Shown: positions 1 through 10,355 of the stretch, in pieces | Numbering within the stretch: position 1 is the stretch's first letter | Layout: the number at the start of each line of letters is the position of its first letter | The notes under the pieces: model-generated | The model's database searches: none | The model's input: the letters and a program-made list of their open reading frames with translations, nothing else | Told to the model about the DNA's origin: nothing | Translations under genes and position numbers: made by a program | NCBI GenBank assembly: GCA_963818475.1 | Contig: CAWFSF010000006.1 | Span: forward strand, 2,016,001-2,080,000 | From: Nitrospirota bacterium | GTDB taxonomy: Bacteria > Nitrospirota > UBA9217 | Direction: 5' to 3' | Length of the DNA: 64,000 bases

Positions 1-1508
1 ATGGCGACTTCGGTCCCGTCCAGGAGCAGTTCCGCCTTGCCGATTTCAAGCAGTTTCAATTCCTGGTCCATGGGAACGCCGTACCCCGTTCCGCGCGGGT
101 AGCGCACGGCCGTCGGGCCGGGATATGCGATCGCGGTCTTGATCATATGCTGCAGTTCGTTCTCGTCCTTCGGCGCCATCAGGACCATATTCGGCACATG
201 GCGCAGGTAGGCGATGTCGAACACGCCATGGTGCGTGGGCCCGTCCTCGCCCACCAGTCCGGCGCGGTCAAGCGCCAGCGTCACCGGAAGGTTCTGGAGG
301 CAGAGATCGTGCACGATCTGGTCGTAGGCCCGCTGCGTGAAGGTGGAGTAGATGGCCGCCACCGGATGCAGCCCCTCGACCGCAAGGCCGCAGGCGAACG
401 TGATGCCGTGCGACTCCGCAATGCCTACATCGAAGAACCGGTCCGGGAACTGCTCCGAGAATTTATCGAGCCCCGTGCCTTCAGGCATGGCTGCGGAGAT
501 CGCCACGATCTTTTCATTGTCCGCCGCAAGCTTGATCATGGTCTGGCCGAAGACATCGGTATAACTGAGCACCGCTGTCTTTTTGCTCGTTTTGCCGGTC
601 GCGAGATCAAAAGGCGGCGTGCCGTGGTACTGCGACGGGCTGCATTCGGCAAACTCGCAGCCTTTGCCTTTTTTCGTGATCACATGGATAAGCACAGGCC
701 AGGTGAAGTCTTTGATATTGTTGAAGGTCTGAAGCAGATGCTCGATGTTATGCCCGTCGATGGGACCGACATACTGGAACCCCAGGTCTTCGAACAGCAT
801 GCCCGGCACCATGAGGCCCTTGATGGATTCCTCGGTCCTTTTGGCAAGGTTGAACATGGCTTCCCCGACCCGGGGGATCCCCTGAAGAAAATGCTTGGTC
901 TCCCGGCGGAATTTCGTATAGATATTTCCGGTCATCAGCCTGCTGAGATAGGATGAAAGGGCTCCCACGTTCGGCGATATGGACATTTCGTTGTCGTTCA
1001 GGATCACGACCAGGTTCTTCTTCAGATGCCCTGCCTGGTTCATTCCTTCGAAGGCAAGGCCGGCGGAAATGGAACCGTCGCCGATCACGGCGATGACGCG
1101 GTATTCTTCGCCCTTGATGTCCCGTGCCGCCGCCATACCGAGTGCCGCTGATATCGACGTGCTCGCGTGGCCCACATCGAAGTGGTCGCAGGGGCTTTCT
1201 TCGCGTTTGGGGAAACCGCTCATGCCCCCATGCTGCCGCAGCGTCGAGAACTGGGCGCGCCGTCCTGTCAGGATCTTGTGCGCATAGGCCTGATGGCCCA
1301 CGTCCCAGACGATGCGGTCCTTCGGCGTGTCAAAGGCATAGTGCAAGGCGATGGTCAGGTCCACCACGCCGAGGCTGGAAGCCAGGTGGCCGCCGGTCCG
1401 GGACACGACGTTGATGATCTCCTCCCGCACCTCGCCCGCGAGCGTCGGCAGTTCCTCCTGCGAAAGCGTCCTCAGGTCTTGTGCGCTGTTGATGTCATCG
1501 AGAATCAT
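1..1508 (-). CDS. dxs: 1-deoxy-D-xylulose-5-phosphate synthase (3' end runs off the window)
   Basis: Manual minus-strand translation: [12 protein letters not shown]...[19 protein letters not shown]...[16 protein letters not shown]...IGDGS...[14 protein letters not shown]...[15 protein letters not shown]; follows ispA. Confidence 0.97.
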   Translation of the reverse strand, partial: MILDDINSAQDLRTLSQEELPTLAGEVREEIINVVSRTGGHLASSLGVVDLTIALHYAFDTPKDRIVWDVGHQAYAHKILTGRRAQFSTLRQHGGMSGFPKREESPCDHFDVGHASTSISAALGMAAARDIKGEEYRVIAVIGDGSISAGLAFEGMNQAGHLKKNLVVILNDNEMSISPNVGALSSYLSRLMTGNIYTKFRRETKHFLQGIPRVGEAMFNLAKRTEESIKGLMVPGMLFEDLGFQYVGPIDGHNIEHLLQTFNNIKDFTWPVLIHVITKKGKGCEFAECSPSQYHGTPPFDLATGKTSKKTAVLSYTDVFGQTMIKLAADNEKIVAISAAMPEGTGLDKFSEQFPDRFFDVGIAESHGITFACGLAVEGLHPVAAIYSTFTQRAYDQIVHDLCLQNLPVTLALDRAGLVGEDGPTHHGVFDIAYLRHVPNMVLMAPKDENELQHMIKTAIAYPGPTAVRYPRGTGYGVPMDQELKLLEIGKAELLLDGTEVA

Positions 1509-1624
1509 GGTAACCTCGTTCCAGGCAAATCCAAATCCGAATATCTAAATACGAGATAAATTTCAAAGTTCAGAATTTCGCAATTGTACTTTAGAGCTTC
1601 TGTGCTTCGCATTTGAATTTGCTT

Positions 1625-2515
1625 TTAATTCACTCTCTGTACAATATATTTCGCCAATTCCCTGAGCGGGTCGGCCTTGCGGTCGAAATCCTTGAGCAGA
1701 TGAACGGCCTTGTCTGCGACTTCCACGGCCCTGCGACGCGACTCTTCCAGTCCGTAGAAGCTCGGGAAGGTCTTTTTGCCTTTTTTGAGATCGCTGCCCA
1801 CGTCCTTGCCGATCTCTTCCTGGGTGCCGGTGAGGTCCAGGATGTCGTCTGCGATCTGGAACGCGAGGCCAACCATCTCACCGTAACGGGAGAGCGCCGC
1901 GAACTGGCGTTTCCCCGCCCGGGCATAGAGCGCGCCGATGCGCACGGACGACCGGATCAGTGCGCCGGTCTTGTGTGTGTGGATGTATTCCAGCGTGGGA
2001 AAATCCACTTCTTTGCCTTCGGACTGGATGTCAACCACCTGGCCGCCCACCATGCCGAAGACGCCTGACGCGGTCGAGAGCTCTTTGATGATCGCCAGCA
2101 TTCTGCCTGCAGGCACTGTTTTCAAGCGCCGGGGATCGGACAGGACCTCGAAGGCCATGTTCAGAAGGCCGTCTCCTGCAAGAATGGCAATGGCCTCTCC
2201 GTACACCTTGTGGCAGGTAGGCCTGCCGCGGCGGAGATCGTCGTCATCCATGGCAGGAAGGTCGTCGTGGATCAGGGAATAGGTATGGATCAGTTCGAGC
2301 GATCCGGCAATGGGAAGCAGGTCGGCGATAGGCACACCCAGCGCTTCAGCGGAAGCAAGGGCCAGTATCGGCCGCACCCGCTTGCCGCCGGCAAAGAGGC
2401 TGTAGCGCATCGCTTCATGCACGACAGGCGGGAACGTTTTCGCAGGCGGCACCAGTTTTTCAAGCGATCTGTCGACGACGACCTTTTTTTTCTGAAGATA
2501 GGCTTTTATATCCAT
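1625..2515 (-). CDS. ispA: farnesyl diphosphate synthase (polyprenyl synthase)
   Basis: GGKRVRP, SLIHDDLPAMDDDDLRRGRPT, FQIADDILD motifs; start taken at MDIKAY. Confidence 0.95.
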   Translation of the reverse strand: MDIKAYLQKKKVVVDRSLEKLVPPAKTFPPVVHEAMRYSLFAGGKRVRPILALASAEALGVPIADLLPIAGSLELIHTYSLIHDDLPAMDDDDLRRGRPTCHKVYGEAIAILAGDGLLNMAFEVLSDPRRLKTVPAGRMLAIIKELSTASGVFGMVGGQVVDIQSEGKEVDFPTLEYIHTHKTGALIRSSVRIGALYARAGKRQFAALSRYGEMVGLAFQIADDILDLTGTQEEIGKDVGSDLKKGKKTFPSFYGLEESRRRAVEVADKAVHLLKDFDRKADPLRELAKYIVQRVN

Positions 2516-2528
2516 GACCGCGGTGGTG

Positions 2529-2759
2529 TTACTCCTCTTCCTCGTTAAAAGGCTGTGCAACTACGTTCCCCGCCTCATCCTTCAGCAGGATCTCTACGCG
2601 GCGCTCGGCATCCTCCAGCCGGCGGTTGCAGATGCGGGAAAGCTTGATCCCTTCTTCGAAAAGCTTCAGCGACTGTTCCAAAGGAAGGTCCCCCTGCTCA
2701 AGCTCCTTCACGATCTTTTCGAGACGCTCCAGAGAAGTTTCAAACTTCTTTTCCGCCAT
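2529..2759 (-). CDS. xseB: exodeoxyribonuclease VII small subunit
   Basis: FETSLERLEKIVKELEQGDLPLEQSLKLFEEG; xseB-ispA-dxs synteny. Confidence 0.95.
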   Translation of the reverse strand: MAEKKFETSLERLEKIVKELEQGDLPLEQSLKLFEEGIKLSRICNRRLEDAERRVEILLKDEAGNVVAQPFNEEEE

Positions 2760-2950
2760 GGGGGTTTTTCTCCAAACTCAGGTTCGGCAACGCTTTTATT
2801 ATATACGGACAACCACAGGAAAATCAAGGCGAAATACGACATTCTGAGCAAAAAAGCGATCTTTCATCTATGATTTTCTCTTCCGGAAGGAGATTACGTC
2901 ACGGTGAGGGCAAAAATAAGAACCCGATGTCGCAGGTAAAGACAGGACCG

Positions 2951-4375
2951 TTACGTCAGGTATTTCTTCAGATCGATGTGGGAAACGTAGGGATCGATGG
3001 TGCCGGCGATGGCGCGTTTGAACTTTCCATCAACGGTCTCAAGAAGGCTGACATCGGCGCTCATTTCTTTTTCTGAGCCATCGAACCTGGTCAGGAGCAG
3101 CACCCGGGGACGCATCAGGTCCCGGGTCTGATGCATGACCAGCCCCACTTCGCCGGTGTCGAGTTTGAGGACCGTTCCGACGGGGAAAATCCCCATCATG
3201 TTGACAAAGGCCTTTACCAGAACCGGGTTGAATGACGTACCGCGCTTCTTCCACAGAATACGGATGGCCTGGTCGGGCGGCGTCTGGATGCTGTAGTACA
3301 CCCTTGCGGCGGTGATGGCATCATAGGCATCGGCAAGAGAAACGATCTGCGAGAACAGATGCTGACGGACCCCGATGGCGGGATACCCCCGATCTCCATG
3401 CTGATGATGCTCGAACGCCGCCACCATGGCCATCTTGGTCACGCCCGGGGTGTCGGCAAGGACCAGAGCCCCCTCAATGGGATGGCGTTTAAGCAGTTCC
3501 CACTCCGCGTCGGTAAGCTTGCCCGGCTTATTGATGATCTCATTGGGGACACTCGCCTTGCCCATATCATGCAGCAGCCCGGCAAGACCGAGGGCCGCGA
3601 CCTGAGGTTTCTCGAAACGCAGGAACGTGCCGAGCGAGGAGGCAAGGAGCGACGTGTTCACCGAGTGGGCAAAGGTGTACTCATCATACATCTTAAGATT
3701 CGTCAGCCCGATGTAGGTGTCCCGGTTCTCCAAAATGTTGTCCACCATGGTTTGAACGGTCGTGTTTATTTTGCGTATATTGATCTTTTTGTCAAGCTGC
3801 TGGGATTCTATCATCTCCTTCATGGTCTCGATAGCGTCCATGAAGACCTCTGTAGCCCTCTTTTTCCCTTCCTTGATCACGCGTCCGATCTTTTTATCTA
3901 CGATCAGAACGCGGCGCAGAACGATATGGGCGATCTGCGCCTTGGGAATGAGGTCGTCAACGCCGCCTTCCGCGGTAAAGGCCGCGGCGTCCTTGTTCAT
4001 CAGATCGGCAAACGCCGTGATCTCATTCGTGGTAAGGCCCGTTTTAAAGACGATCCCGCCGATATCGCGGCCCGAGAACAACTCCATGAGCACCGTAAGG
4101 CTCTCGTCGAGGGGGACCGAATCCTTTTCAAAAAACAATTCCCCTCCCACGAGATAGAAGGGGGCCTCGTTCCGGTCCACCAGCAGTTCGTTGATCTTGA
4201 GCAGGAACTTGTCTGCGGACGCAAGGACAAAGGGATGCGAGGCCGGATAGAGGGTCGAGTTCCTGAGCACGGCAGCAAGCAGCTGAAACGCTGACTTGGC
4301 GGTGTTGATCAGCTGTTGCCTGGCAAAGAAGGACTGTCTCGATTCGCCCTGCCTATCGTTTTTCTCTTCCGGCAT
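2951..4375 (-). CDS. HD-GYP domain cyclic dinucleotide phosphodiesterase with unannotated N-terminal domain
   Basis: HSVN, LLHDMGK, HPIEG, HHQHGDRGYP, ADAYDAITAARVY; start MPEEK overlaps the end of the upstream HEAT gene. Confidence 0.88.
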   Translation of the reverse strand: MPEEKNDRQGESRQSFFARQQLINTAKSAFQLLAAVLRNSTLYPASHPFVLASADKFLLKINELLVDRNEAPFYLVGGELFFEKDSVPLDESLTVLMELFSGRDIGGIVFKTGLTTNEITAFADLMNKDAAAFTAEGGVDDLIPKAQIAHIVLRRVLIVDKKIGRVIKEGKKRATEVFMDAIETMKEMIESQQLDKKINIRKINTTVQTMVDNILENRDTYIGLTNLKMYDEYTFAHSVNTSLLASSLGTFLRFEKPQVAALGLAGLLHDMGKASVPNEIINKPGKLTDAEWELLKRHPIEGALVLADTPGVTKMAMVAAFEHHQHGDRGYPAIGVRQHLFSQIVSLADAYDAITAARVYYSIQTPPDQAIRILWKKRGTSFNPVLVKAFVNMMGIFPVGTVLKLDTGEVGLVMHQTRDLMRPRVLLLTRFDGSEKEMSADVSLLETVDGKFKRAIAGTIDPYVSHIDLKKYLT

Positions 4376-6449
4376 CGGCCAGTCTCCTGTTGATCGCTGC
4401 AATGGCGCCACGCGCCGCGTCCCTGAGCTCTTCCTGGAGCTTTCGCGGTTTCCACCAGCGGATCTTTGTGTAGCGCGCCAGGAACTCCGCCGACTCCCTG
4501 CCGCCGATCGCCCCGAGAACCGCGATCGCTTCGAGCGCATGCTCCTGCTCCCGCTGTTTGAGCTTGCGCAGCTCCGCATAGTCCATCACGTAGCGCGCCT
4601 CCGTGTCTCCCAGCCCCTGAAGCTTGCCGATGCCCCGGAGCGCAGCGACCTGGATGCCCTCGTCCTTGTCCTTGAGGTACCGCGCCAGTATGCCGGCCGC
4701 TTTTCGTCCTCCGATGTTGAGCAGCGCGTGGATATTTTCTTCGCGGATCCGCACGTCCTTATGGTCCGCCACTTTGTGCAGGTATGCAATGGCCTGATCC
4801 GTCCCGGTATCTCCCAGGATCCGCACCGCGTTCCGCACCACATACCAGCGCCGGTCGGACAACTGCTCGCCGAGCAGTGCTACCTGGTTCTTGCCCAGGT
4901 CCTTCAGAAGTTCGATAAGGAACAGCCGTGCATCGCGATCCATCTCCTCGGCCAGAAGGTCCAGCAGCAGCGATGTTCCTGCCCGGTCAAGGGTCTTCAG
5001 ATAGATATATGCTGCATTATATTCCGCCGACCCTGGCGGGTGCGCCCGCATTTCAGCGATCATGTCGGTGACAGCGGACTTGGAAGCCGTCTTTTTGAGG
5101 GCCTCGGCCATGCGAGGCTTGAAAGCAGGGTCCACCGTGGAATGCAAAGCCCTGATAATGACCGCGGCAAGTTCATACTCCTTTTTCTTCTGGAGATAGC
5201 CGAGCAGTTCCTCCAGTTGCCGGATTACACCTGAAAAAAGCTTTATCTCATTCTGCTCCGACGCGGTCCCGTGGGGATTCTTTACGAGGGGGATCAGGAA
5301 GATAAGTGTGCGCACCGCTGCCTGGATGATGTCCGACTCCATGCCGACGCCGCTCATCGCCTTGAGCGCCTCCATTTCTTCCTGCGTATAGGCCGTCAGG
5401 TCCGGCGCGATCTTGCCGGTGATATCCTCGGAGATCGGCGTGACCACGAAGGCTGAGGGATCGGGCGCGGCAGCGGGCGGTGCGCTCTTTTTTCCCGATG
5501 TTTTTTTCAGCAACGTTGCCACATGCTGCACATTCCAGTCATGGGAGAAACGACCCGCCTGGACCTCCTGCAGCGCATTGGGGACCTGCTCTACAGCATC
5601 GATAACATGATCGCTGGCGAGCTCGGTGTCAAGGTCTGCATATAGTTTGCCGGCAACGAAACCCTCCCGAACGTGCCCTTCCAGGGAAAGGACCGACTGT
5701 GCCAGACTCTCGAACAGCGTGTCGCTCTGATCAGGATGGTCCTGCCTGATCTTCTGTCCCGCCTCCTGATAGAGCGAATAGAGCCGGTCTTCCACACTCT
5801 CGTGCTCCCCGCGCGTCTGCCTGGCAAGCTCAAGCATGCTGGCGCCGAAACCTTTCGGGTCGACCATCAGGTTCCCCAGGACCAGCGTGCGGCCGGCGAA
5901 GAGGGACGCGTTCTTTTCTCGTGACGCTTTACCGGCATCGGCGGATGACTCGGCAGACGGCTTGCGGTCCCATCCTTGTTCTGCTTTGGTCGTAATGACG
6001 TCGTCAAGCCCTGATTCAACGACCTTTATATGCGTCGCTCCATATTCCCAGAGAATTGACGAGATCCCGCTCTTCACGGCCATTTCCTCCGGCGAGAGGG
6101 CAAGGGCCTTCAAGAGGACCATCAGCTCCCCTTCGACGATCCCCTCGCTGAAGACTATCTCCCTGACCTCCTTCGCGAACAGGTCCTGCGCAATGGCCTT
6201 GTTGAGCGCAGCGTCCTTGCCAAAGGGCGTGGCGAGATAGGTAAAAAAGGTCTTGTTGACGCCCACACGGTATTCAGGCGTGGTCGCGAGAAAACGGGCC
6301 AGGAGCTCATACGATTTTGATACAGATTGAGCATAGATGGGATTGTTGGGGGGATAGAGCTTTACCACCCTGATCGCCGTGATCAGGCTTCGCATGACTT
6401 CCTGGACCTCGGGTGAAAGCGCTTCTTGTTGACTTGCTTCTTTTACCAT
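4353..6449 (-). CDS. HEAT-repeat protein with N-terminal LYP-x-x-N-P domain
   Basis: C-terminal helical repeats DRRWYVVRNAVRILG, HKDVRIREENIHALLNIG, DKDEGIQVAALRGIG. Confidence 0.8.
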   Translation of the reverse strand: MVKEASQQEALSPEVQEVMRSLITAIRVVKLYPPNNPIYAQSVSKSYELLARFLATTPEYRVGVNKTFFTYLATPFGKDAALNKAIAQDLFAKEVREIVFSEGIVEGELMVLLKALALSPEEMAVKSGISSILWEYGATHIKVVESGLDDVITTKAEQGWDRKPSAESSADAGKASREKNASLFAGRTLVLGNLMVDPKGFGASMLELARQTRGEHESVEDRLYSLYQEAGQKIRQDHPDQSDTLFESLAQSVLSLEGHVREGFVAGKLYADLDTELASDHVIDAVEQVPNALQEVQAGRFSHDWNVQHVATLLKKTSGKKSAPPAAAPDPSAFVVTPISEDITGKIAPDLTAYTQEEMEALKAMSGVGMESDIIQAAVRTLIFLIPLVKNPHGTASEQNEIKLFSGVIRQLEELLGYLQKKKEYELAAVIIRALHSTVDPAFKPRMAEALKKTASKSAVTDMIAEMRAHPPGSAEYNAAYIYLKTLDRAGTSLLLDLLAEEMDRDARLFLIELLKDLGKNQVALLGEQLSDRRWYVVRNAVRILGDTGTDQAIAYLHKVADHKDVRIREENIHALLNIGGRKAAGILARYLKDKDEGIQVAALRGIGKLQGLGDTEARYVMDYAELRKLKQREQEHALEAIAVLGAIGGRESAEFLARYTKIRWWKPRKLQEELRDAARGAIAAINRRLADAGREKR

Positions 6450-6542
6450 GGTTTAGAGTACCACAACAGGAGAGGAGTGTCAAAAGCGGAAATCTATTTC
6501 ACGGCGACTTATGATGCCAACGCGAATGCCGCGCATGGACGA

Positions 6543-7733
6543 TCAGGTGATCTTTTCGACGCGGGAGACCACCTCTCCCTGATGAAGTCTGGTGCTCAGC
6601 AGGTCTCCGGGGCTGACCGCTGAAGCGTTCTTCAGGATCATACCGGAAGGGAGCGCCGTCGTAATGCTGTACCCCCGGGAGAGGATGCTGAGCGGGTTCA
6701 AATGGTCGAGCGCGGACATCAAGGACAGAAGCCGGGCTCGGTCCCTGCGAAGGTGATGGTTCAGTCCCGGGGCAAGCCTGCCGGTCAGTTCATCAACGCG
6801 TTGCGTGTACTGCTCGAGCATCCTTCGCGGGTCACGGAGCACCCGCAGGCATTCGCGGAGCGAGGAGCGGCCCTGTTCTATCTGCTGACGCATGCTCCGC
6901 ATGAGCCCGGTTTCAAGCGATCCAATAAGCTCGCGGAACCGGTGTTCGCTCTCCACCACCATCTCGGCCGCAGCAGAGGGCGTAGGGGCGCGCAGATCTG
7001 CGACAAAGTCCGATATCGTATAGTCCGTTTCGTGGCCCACGGCTGAGATGACCGGGACCTTCGAGGCATGGATCGCGCGCGCCACCGACTCTTCATTAAA
7101 GGCCCAGAGGTCCTCAAGAGAGCCGCCGCCGCGGCCCGTGATCACGACATCGACGTTCCCTTCACGGTTGAAATACCGCAGTGCCTCCACAATGGAAGGA
7201 GCGGCCTCCGCCCCCTGCACGGGAACGGGATAGATGATGATATGCATCCTCGGATGGCGGCGTTTGATGACCCGCAGCATGTCGCGGATGGCGGCGCCGG
7301 TCGGTGAGGTGATGATGCCGATGCGCTGCGGCAGGAGCGGAAGTCCTTTTTTGCGCTCCAGGTCGAATAGGCCTTCCTTCTCAAGCTTTGCCTTGAGCTG
7401 TTCGAAGGCCAGTTGCAGCGCGCCGAGCCCCTTCGGTTCGATGTATTCGAGGATGAGCTGGTATTCTCCCCGCGGCTCGTACACGCCCACCCTTCCGCGG
7501 CAGACCACCTGCATTCCGTGTTGAAGCGTGAATTTGAGGAAACGCTGCGACGATCGGAACAGGACGGCACGGATCTGGCTTTGCTGGTCCTTTAAGGTGA
7601 AATAGGAGTGTCCCGACTGGGGGATGCTGAGGTTCGAGATCTCCCCTTCGACCCATACATCGGGGAAGGCCCCTTCAAGAAGGTTCTTGATCTGCGCGGT
7701 AAGCTGCGTGACGGTGATGATGTGGCTTTTCAT
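6543..7733 (-). CDS. xseA: exodeoxyribonuclease VII large subunit
   Basis: VWVEGEISN...SGHSYFTLKD, ITSPTGAAIRD, RGGGSLEDLWAFN, SAVGHETD, RAPTPSAAAE. Confidence 0.97.
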   Translation of the reverse strand: MKSHIITVTQLTAQIKNLLEGAFPDVWVEGEISNLSIPQSGHSYFTLKDQQSQIRAVLFRSSQRFLKFTLQHGMQVVCRGRVGVYEPRGEYQLILEYIEPKGLGALQLAFEQLKAKLEKEGLFDLERKKGLPLLPQRIGIITSPTGAAIRDMLRVIKRRHPRMHIIIYPVPVQGAEAAPSIVEALRYFNREGNVDVVITGRGGGSLEDLWAFNEESVARAIHASKVPVISAVGHETDYTISDFVADLRAPTPSAAAEMVVESEHRFRELIGSLETGLMRSMRQQIEQGRSSLRECLRVLRDPRRMLEQYTQRVDELTGRLAPGLNHHLRRDRARLLSLMSALDHLNPLSILSRGYSITTALPSGMILKNASAVSPGDLLSTRLHQGEVVSRVEKIT

Positions 7734-7820
7734 AGTGTGGATTTCGGGAGCCGACTCCAAATTCAAAACGCATTATGAAAGTTATTAACATTACTTTGAA
7801 ACTGCTTAGATCAAAAGATT

Positions 7821-7900
7821 ATCCGCAGATTACGCAAATTTCGCAGATAAAAAAACCTGAATTGTTTTTAAAATCTGCGTCCATCTGCGAAATCTGCGGA
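7821..7900. repeat. intergenic palindromic repeat built from 9-mer CGCAGATTA/AATCTGCG units
   Basis: ccgcagattacgcaaatttcgcagat ... atctgcgtccatctgcgaaatctgcgg forms a long imperfect inverted repeat. Confidence 0.7.
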
Positions 7901-7911
7901 CAAAAGGGTTT

Positions 7912-8691
7912 CTATGACTTTACATGGATCCGTTCTATGGAGCTCGCTTTTCCCGTTGTTTCATCGATCGTGATCAGCACCGCGTTCAGGTGGACCGGCC
8001 CCTTGGGGATCTCGAACCGGTGGGGTGTCTGGTACAGGAACCGCGCGATCGCCTGTTCCTTCCGCACCCCGATGACCGACTCGGTCGGCCCGGTCATTCC
8101 CACATCGGTAATAAAGGCCGTTCCGTTGGTCAGGATGCGCTCGTCAGCGGTCTGAACATGGGTATGGGTGCCGACGAGAGCGCTGGCCTTGCCGTCGAGA
8201 TGCCAGGCGAGGGCGATCTTTTCAGACGTGGCCTCCGCATGGAAATCGATGATCACGACAGGCGTTTCTTTTTTCAACCGCTCGATCTCGCGCTCGGCGT
8301 ACCGGAAGGGATCTTCCAGGTTGGACATAAAAACACGCCCTTCAAGGTTCAGGACCGCCGCCTTGCCTGCTCCGGGCGTGGAAACAACAACACTCCCCAC
8401 CCCGGGATTCCCTGAAGGATAGTTGGCAGGCCTGATGAGACGGTCCTGTTTGTTGAGATAGGGTTCTATCTCCTTCTTGTCCCAGACATGATTGCCCGAG
8501 GTAAGGACATCGATCCCCATGAAGAACAGCTCATCAGCGATATCTGAGGTTATGCCGAACCCGCCGGCAGAGTTCTCGCCGTTGGCGATGACCAGGTCCG
8601 GACGGTGCGCATCCATGAGCCCGCGGAGCTGGGCCCGCACCATCTTCCGGCCCGGCTCGCCGATGATATCGCCGATGAAAAGTACTTTCAA
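7912..8691 (-). CDS. ymdB: YmdB-family metallophosphoesterase
   Basis: LFIGDIIG, NGENSAGG, TSGNHVWD, DFHAEATSEK, GTHTHV, TDVGMTG; TTG start after GGAGG; follows rny. Confidence 0.93.
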   Translation of the reverse strand: MKVLFIGDIIGEPGRKMVRAQLRGLMDAHRPDLVIANGENSAGGFGITSDIADELFFMGIDVLTSGNHVWDKKEIEPYLNKQDRLIRPANYPSGNPGVGSVVVSTPGAGKAAVLNLEGRVFMSNLEDPFRYAEREIERLKKETPVVIIDFHAEATSEKIALAWHLDGKASALVGTHTHVQTADERILTNGTAFITDVGMTGPTESVIGVRKEQAIARFLYQTPHRFEIPKGPVHLNAVLITIDETTGKASSIERIHVKS

Positions 8692-8798
8692 GAGACCTCC
8701 TGATGCACGATGCATGATGCACGATGAATGATAGAAACGATGCCGGATCAGGCTTTCATCCTGCATCCGGCATCATGTATCCTGAATCGGTTTTGTTC

Positions 8799-10355
8799 CT
8801 ACTTGGCGTATTCCACGTACCTGCTCTCGCGGACCACGGTCACCTTGATCTGGCCGGGGTAGGACATCTCGGCCTCGATCTTCTTGGCAATATCGCGCGA
8901 AAGCTGGGCCGAGTGGGCATCCGAGAGGTCTTCGGGCTTCACGATGATGCGGATCTCGCGGCCGGCCTGGATGGCGTAGGACTTTTCCACGCCCTTGAAG
9001 GAATTGGCCGCGGTCTCGAGCTGCTCAAGCCGCTTGAGGTAGCTTTCGAGTGTCTCGCGCCGGACACCGGGCCTTCCTGCCGACAGTGCGTCCGCTGCAG
9101 CCACCAGCACTGATTCGACACAGTTCGGTTCGCCGTCGCCGTGATGGGTCATGATGGCATTGATGACCTTGGGATTTTCGCCGTACTTCTTGGCCAGGTC
9201 CCCGCCGATCTGCGGATGGGTGCCTTCCACCTCGTGGTCGATCGCTTTTCCGAGGTCATGGAGCAGGCCGGCCCGCCGCGCCAGCTTCTGGTCAACGCCA
9301 CACTCGGCCGCCATGATGCCTGCAAAGTAGGCGACTTCGCGCGAGTGCATGAGCACGTTCTGGCCGTAGCTCGTCCGGAACCTGAGCCTCCCCAGGAGCT
9401 TGATGATCTCGGGATGGATGTTGTGGAGTCCAAGGTCGAAGGCCGCCTTTTCTCCCTCGTCCTTCATGGTGATGTCCAGGTCCTTCTTGACCTTCTCGGC
9501 GATCTCCTCGATCCGCGCAGGGTGAATGCGGCCGTCCAGGATCAGACGCTCGATCGTGAGCTTCGCGATCTCTCTGCGGAGCGGGTCATAGCAGGAAAGG
9601 ATCACCGCCTCGGGCGTATCGTCGATGATAAGGTCGATGCCGGTGGCCGCCTCGAGCGCACGGATGTTCCGTCCCTCGCGGCCGATGATCCTGCCTTTCA
9701 TTTCATCGTTCGGCAGGTTCACCACCGACACGGTGGCCTCGGCGACATAGTCGCTTGCGTACCGTTGGATGGCCAGGCTGATGATGTTCTTGGACTTTTT
9801 GTCCGCCTCTTCCTTGGCTTCGTCCTCGATGCGCTTGATGCTCTTGGCAGCCTCGTACTTTGCCTCGTCCTCCATGGTCATCATGAGCTGGCGCTTCGCT
9901 TCTTCAGCCGTCATGCTGGCGATCTTTTCGAGCTGCTCACGCTGTTCGCGGAGCCCCTTGTCAAAACGTTCTTCCTTCTCGATGGCGACCTTTTCCCGCG
10001 CCGCAAGCTCGCGTTCGCGCCGGATGGTCTCAGCCTCCCGCTTGTCAACGAGGTCGATCTTCTTTTCCAGGTTCTCTTCCTTCTGGGTCAGCCGCCGTTC
10101 CTGGTTCTGAAGCTCCTGCCGCTTGTCGCGGTTCTCTTTTTCGAACTCGGAGCGCGCCTGATACAGTTTGTCCTTGACCTCGAGCACGGCTTCCTTGCGT
10201 TTGGTCTCTGCCTCGCGTTCTGCGTTCGCGATAATGCGGGACGACTCGGCCTCCGCATCCTTGATCTTTCCTGCTGCAACCCTTCCCTTGATCATGAGTC
10301 CTATGCCGAATCCTCCGGCAAGTCCTGCGATCAATATGGCAATATACTCGATCAT
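8799..10355 (-). CDS. rny: ribonuclease Y
   Basis: N-terminal TM, coiled coil, KH motif [16 protein letters not shown] motif [15 protein letters not shown]. Confidence 0.98.
   Translation of the reverse strand: MIEYIAILIAGLAGGFGIGLMIKGRVAAGKIKDAEAESSRIIANAEREAETKRKEAVLEVKDKLYQARSEFEKENRDKRQELQNQERRLTQKEENLEKKIDLVDKREAETIRRERELAAREKVAIEKEERFDKGLREQREQLEKIASMTAEEAKRQLMMTMEDEAKYEAAKSIKRIEDEAKEEADKKSKNIISLAIQRYASDYVAEATVSVVNLPNDEMKGRIIGREGRNIRALEAATGIDLIIDDTPEAVILSCYDPLRREIAKLTIERLILDGRIHPARIEEIAEKVKKDLDITMKDEGEKAAFDLGLHNIHPEIIKLLGRLRFRTSYGQNVLMHSREVAYFAGIMAAECGVDQKLARRAGLLHDLGKAIDHEVEGTHPQIGGDLAKKYGENPKVINAIMTHHGDGEPNCVESVLVAAADALSAGRPGVRRETLESYLKRLEQLETAANSFKGVEKSYAIQAGREIRIIVKPEDLSDAHSAQLSRDIAKKIEAEMSYPGQIKVTVVRESRYVEYAK

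Noticed and set aside
147-1559. Long plus-strand ORFs in the track (and similar antisense ORFs opposite rny, rarA, cooS and the DAHP synthase gene)
   Set aside because: They are antisense shadows of well-conserved GC-rich genes and show no recognisable motifs.
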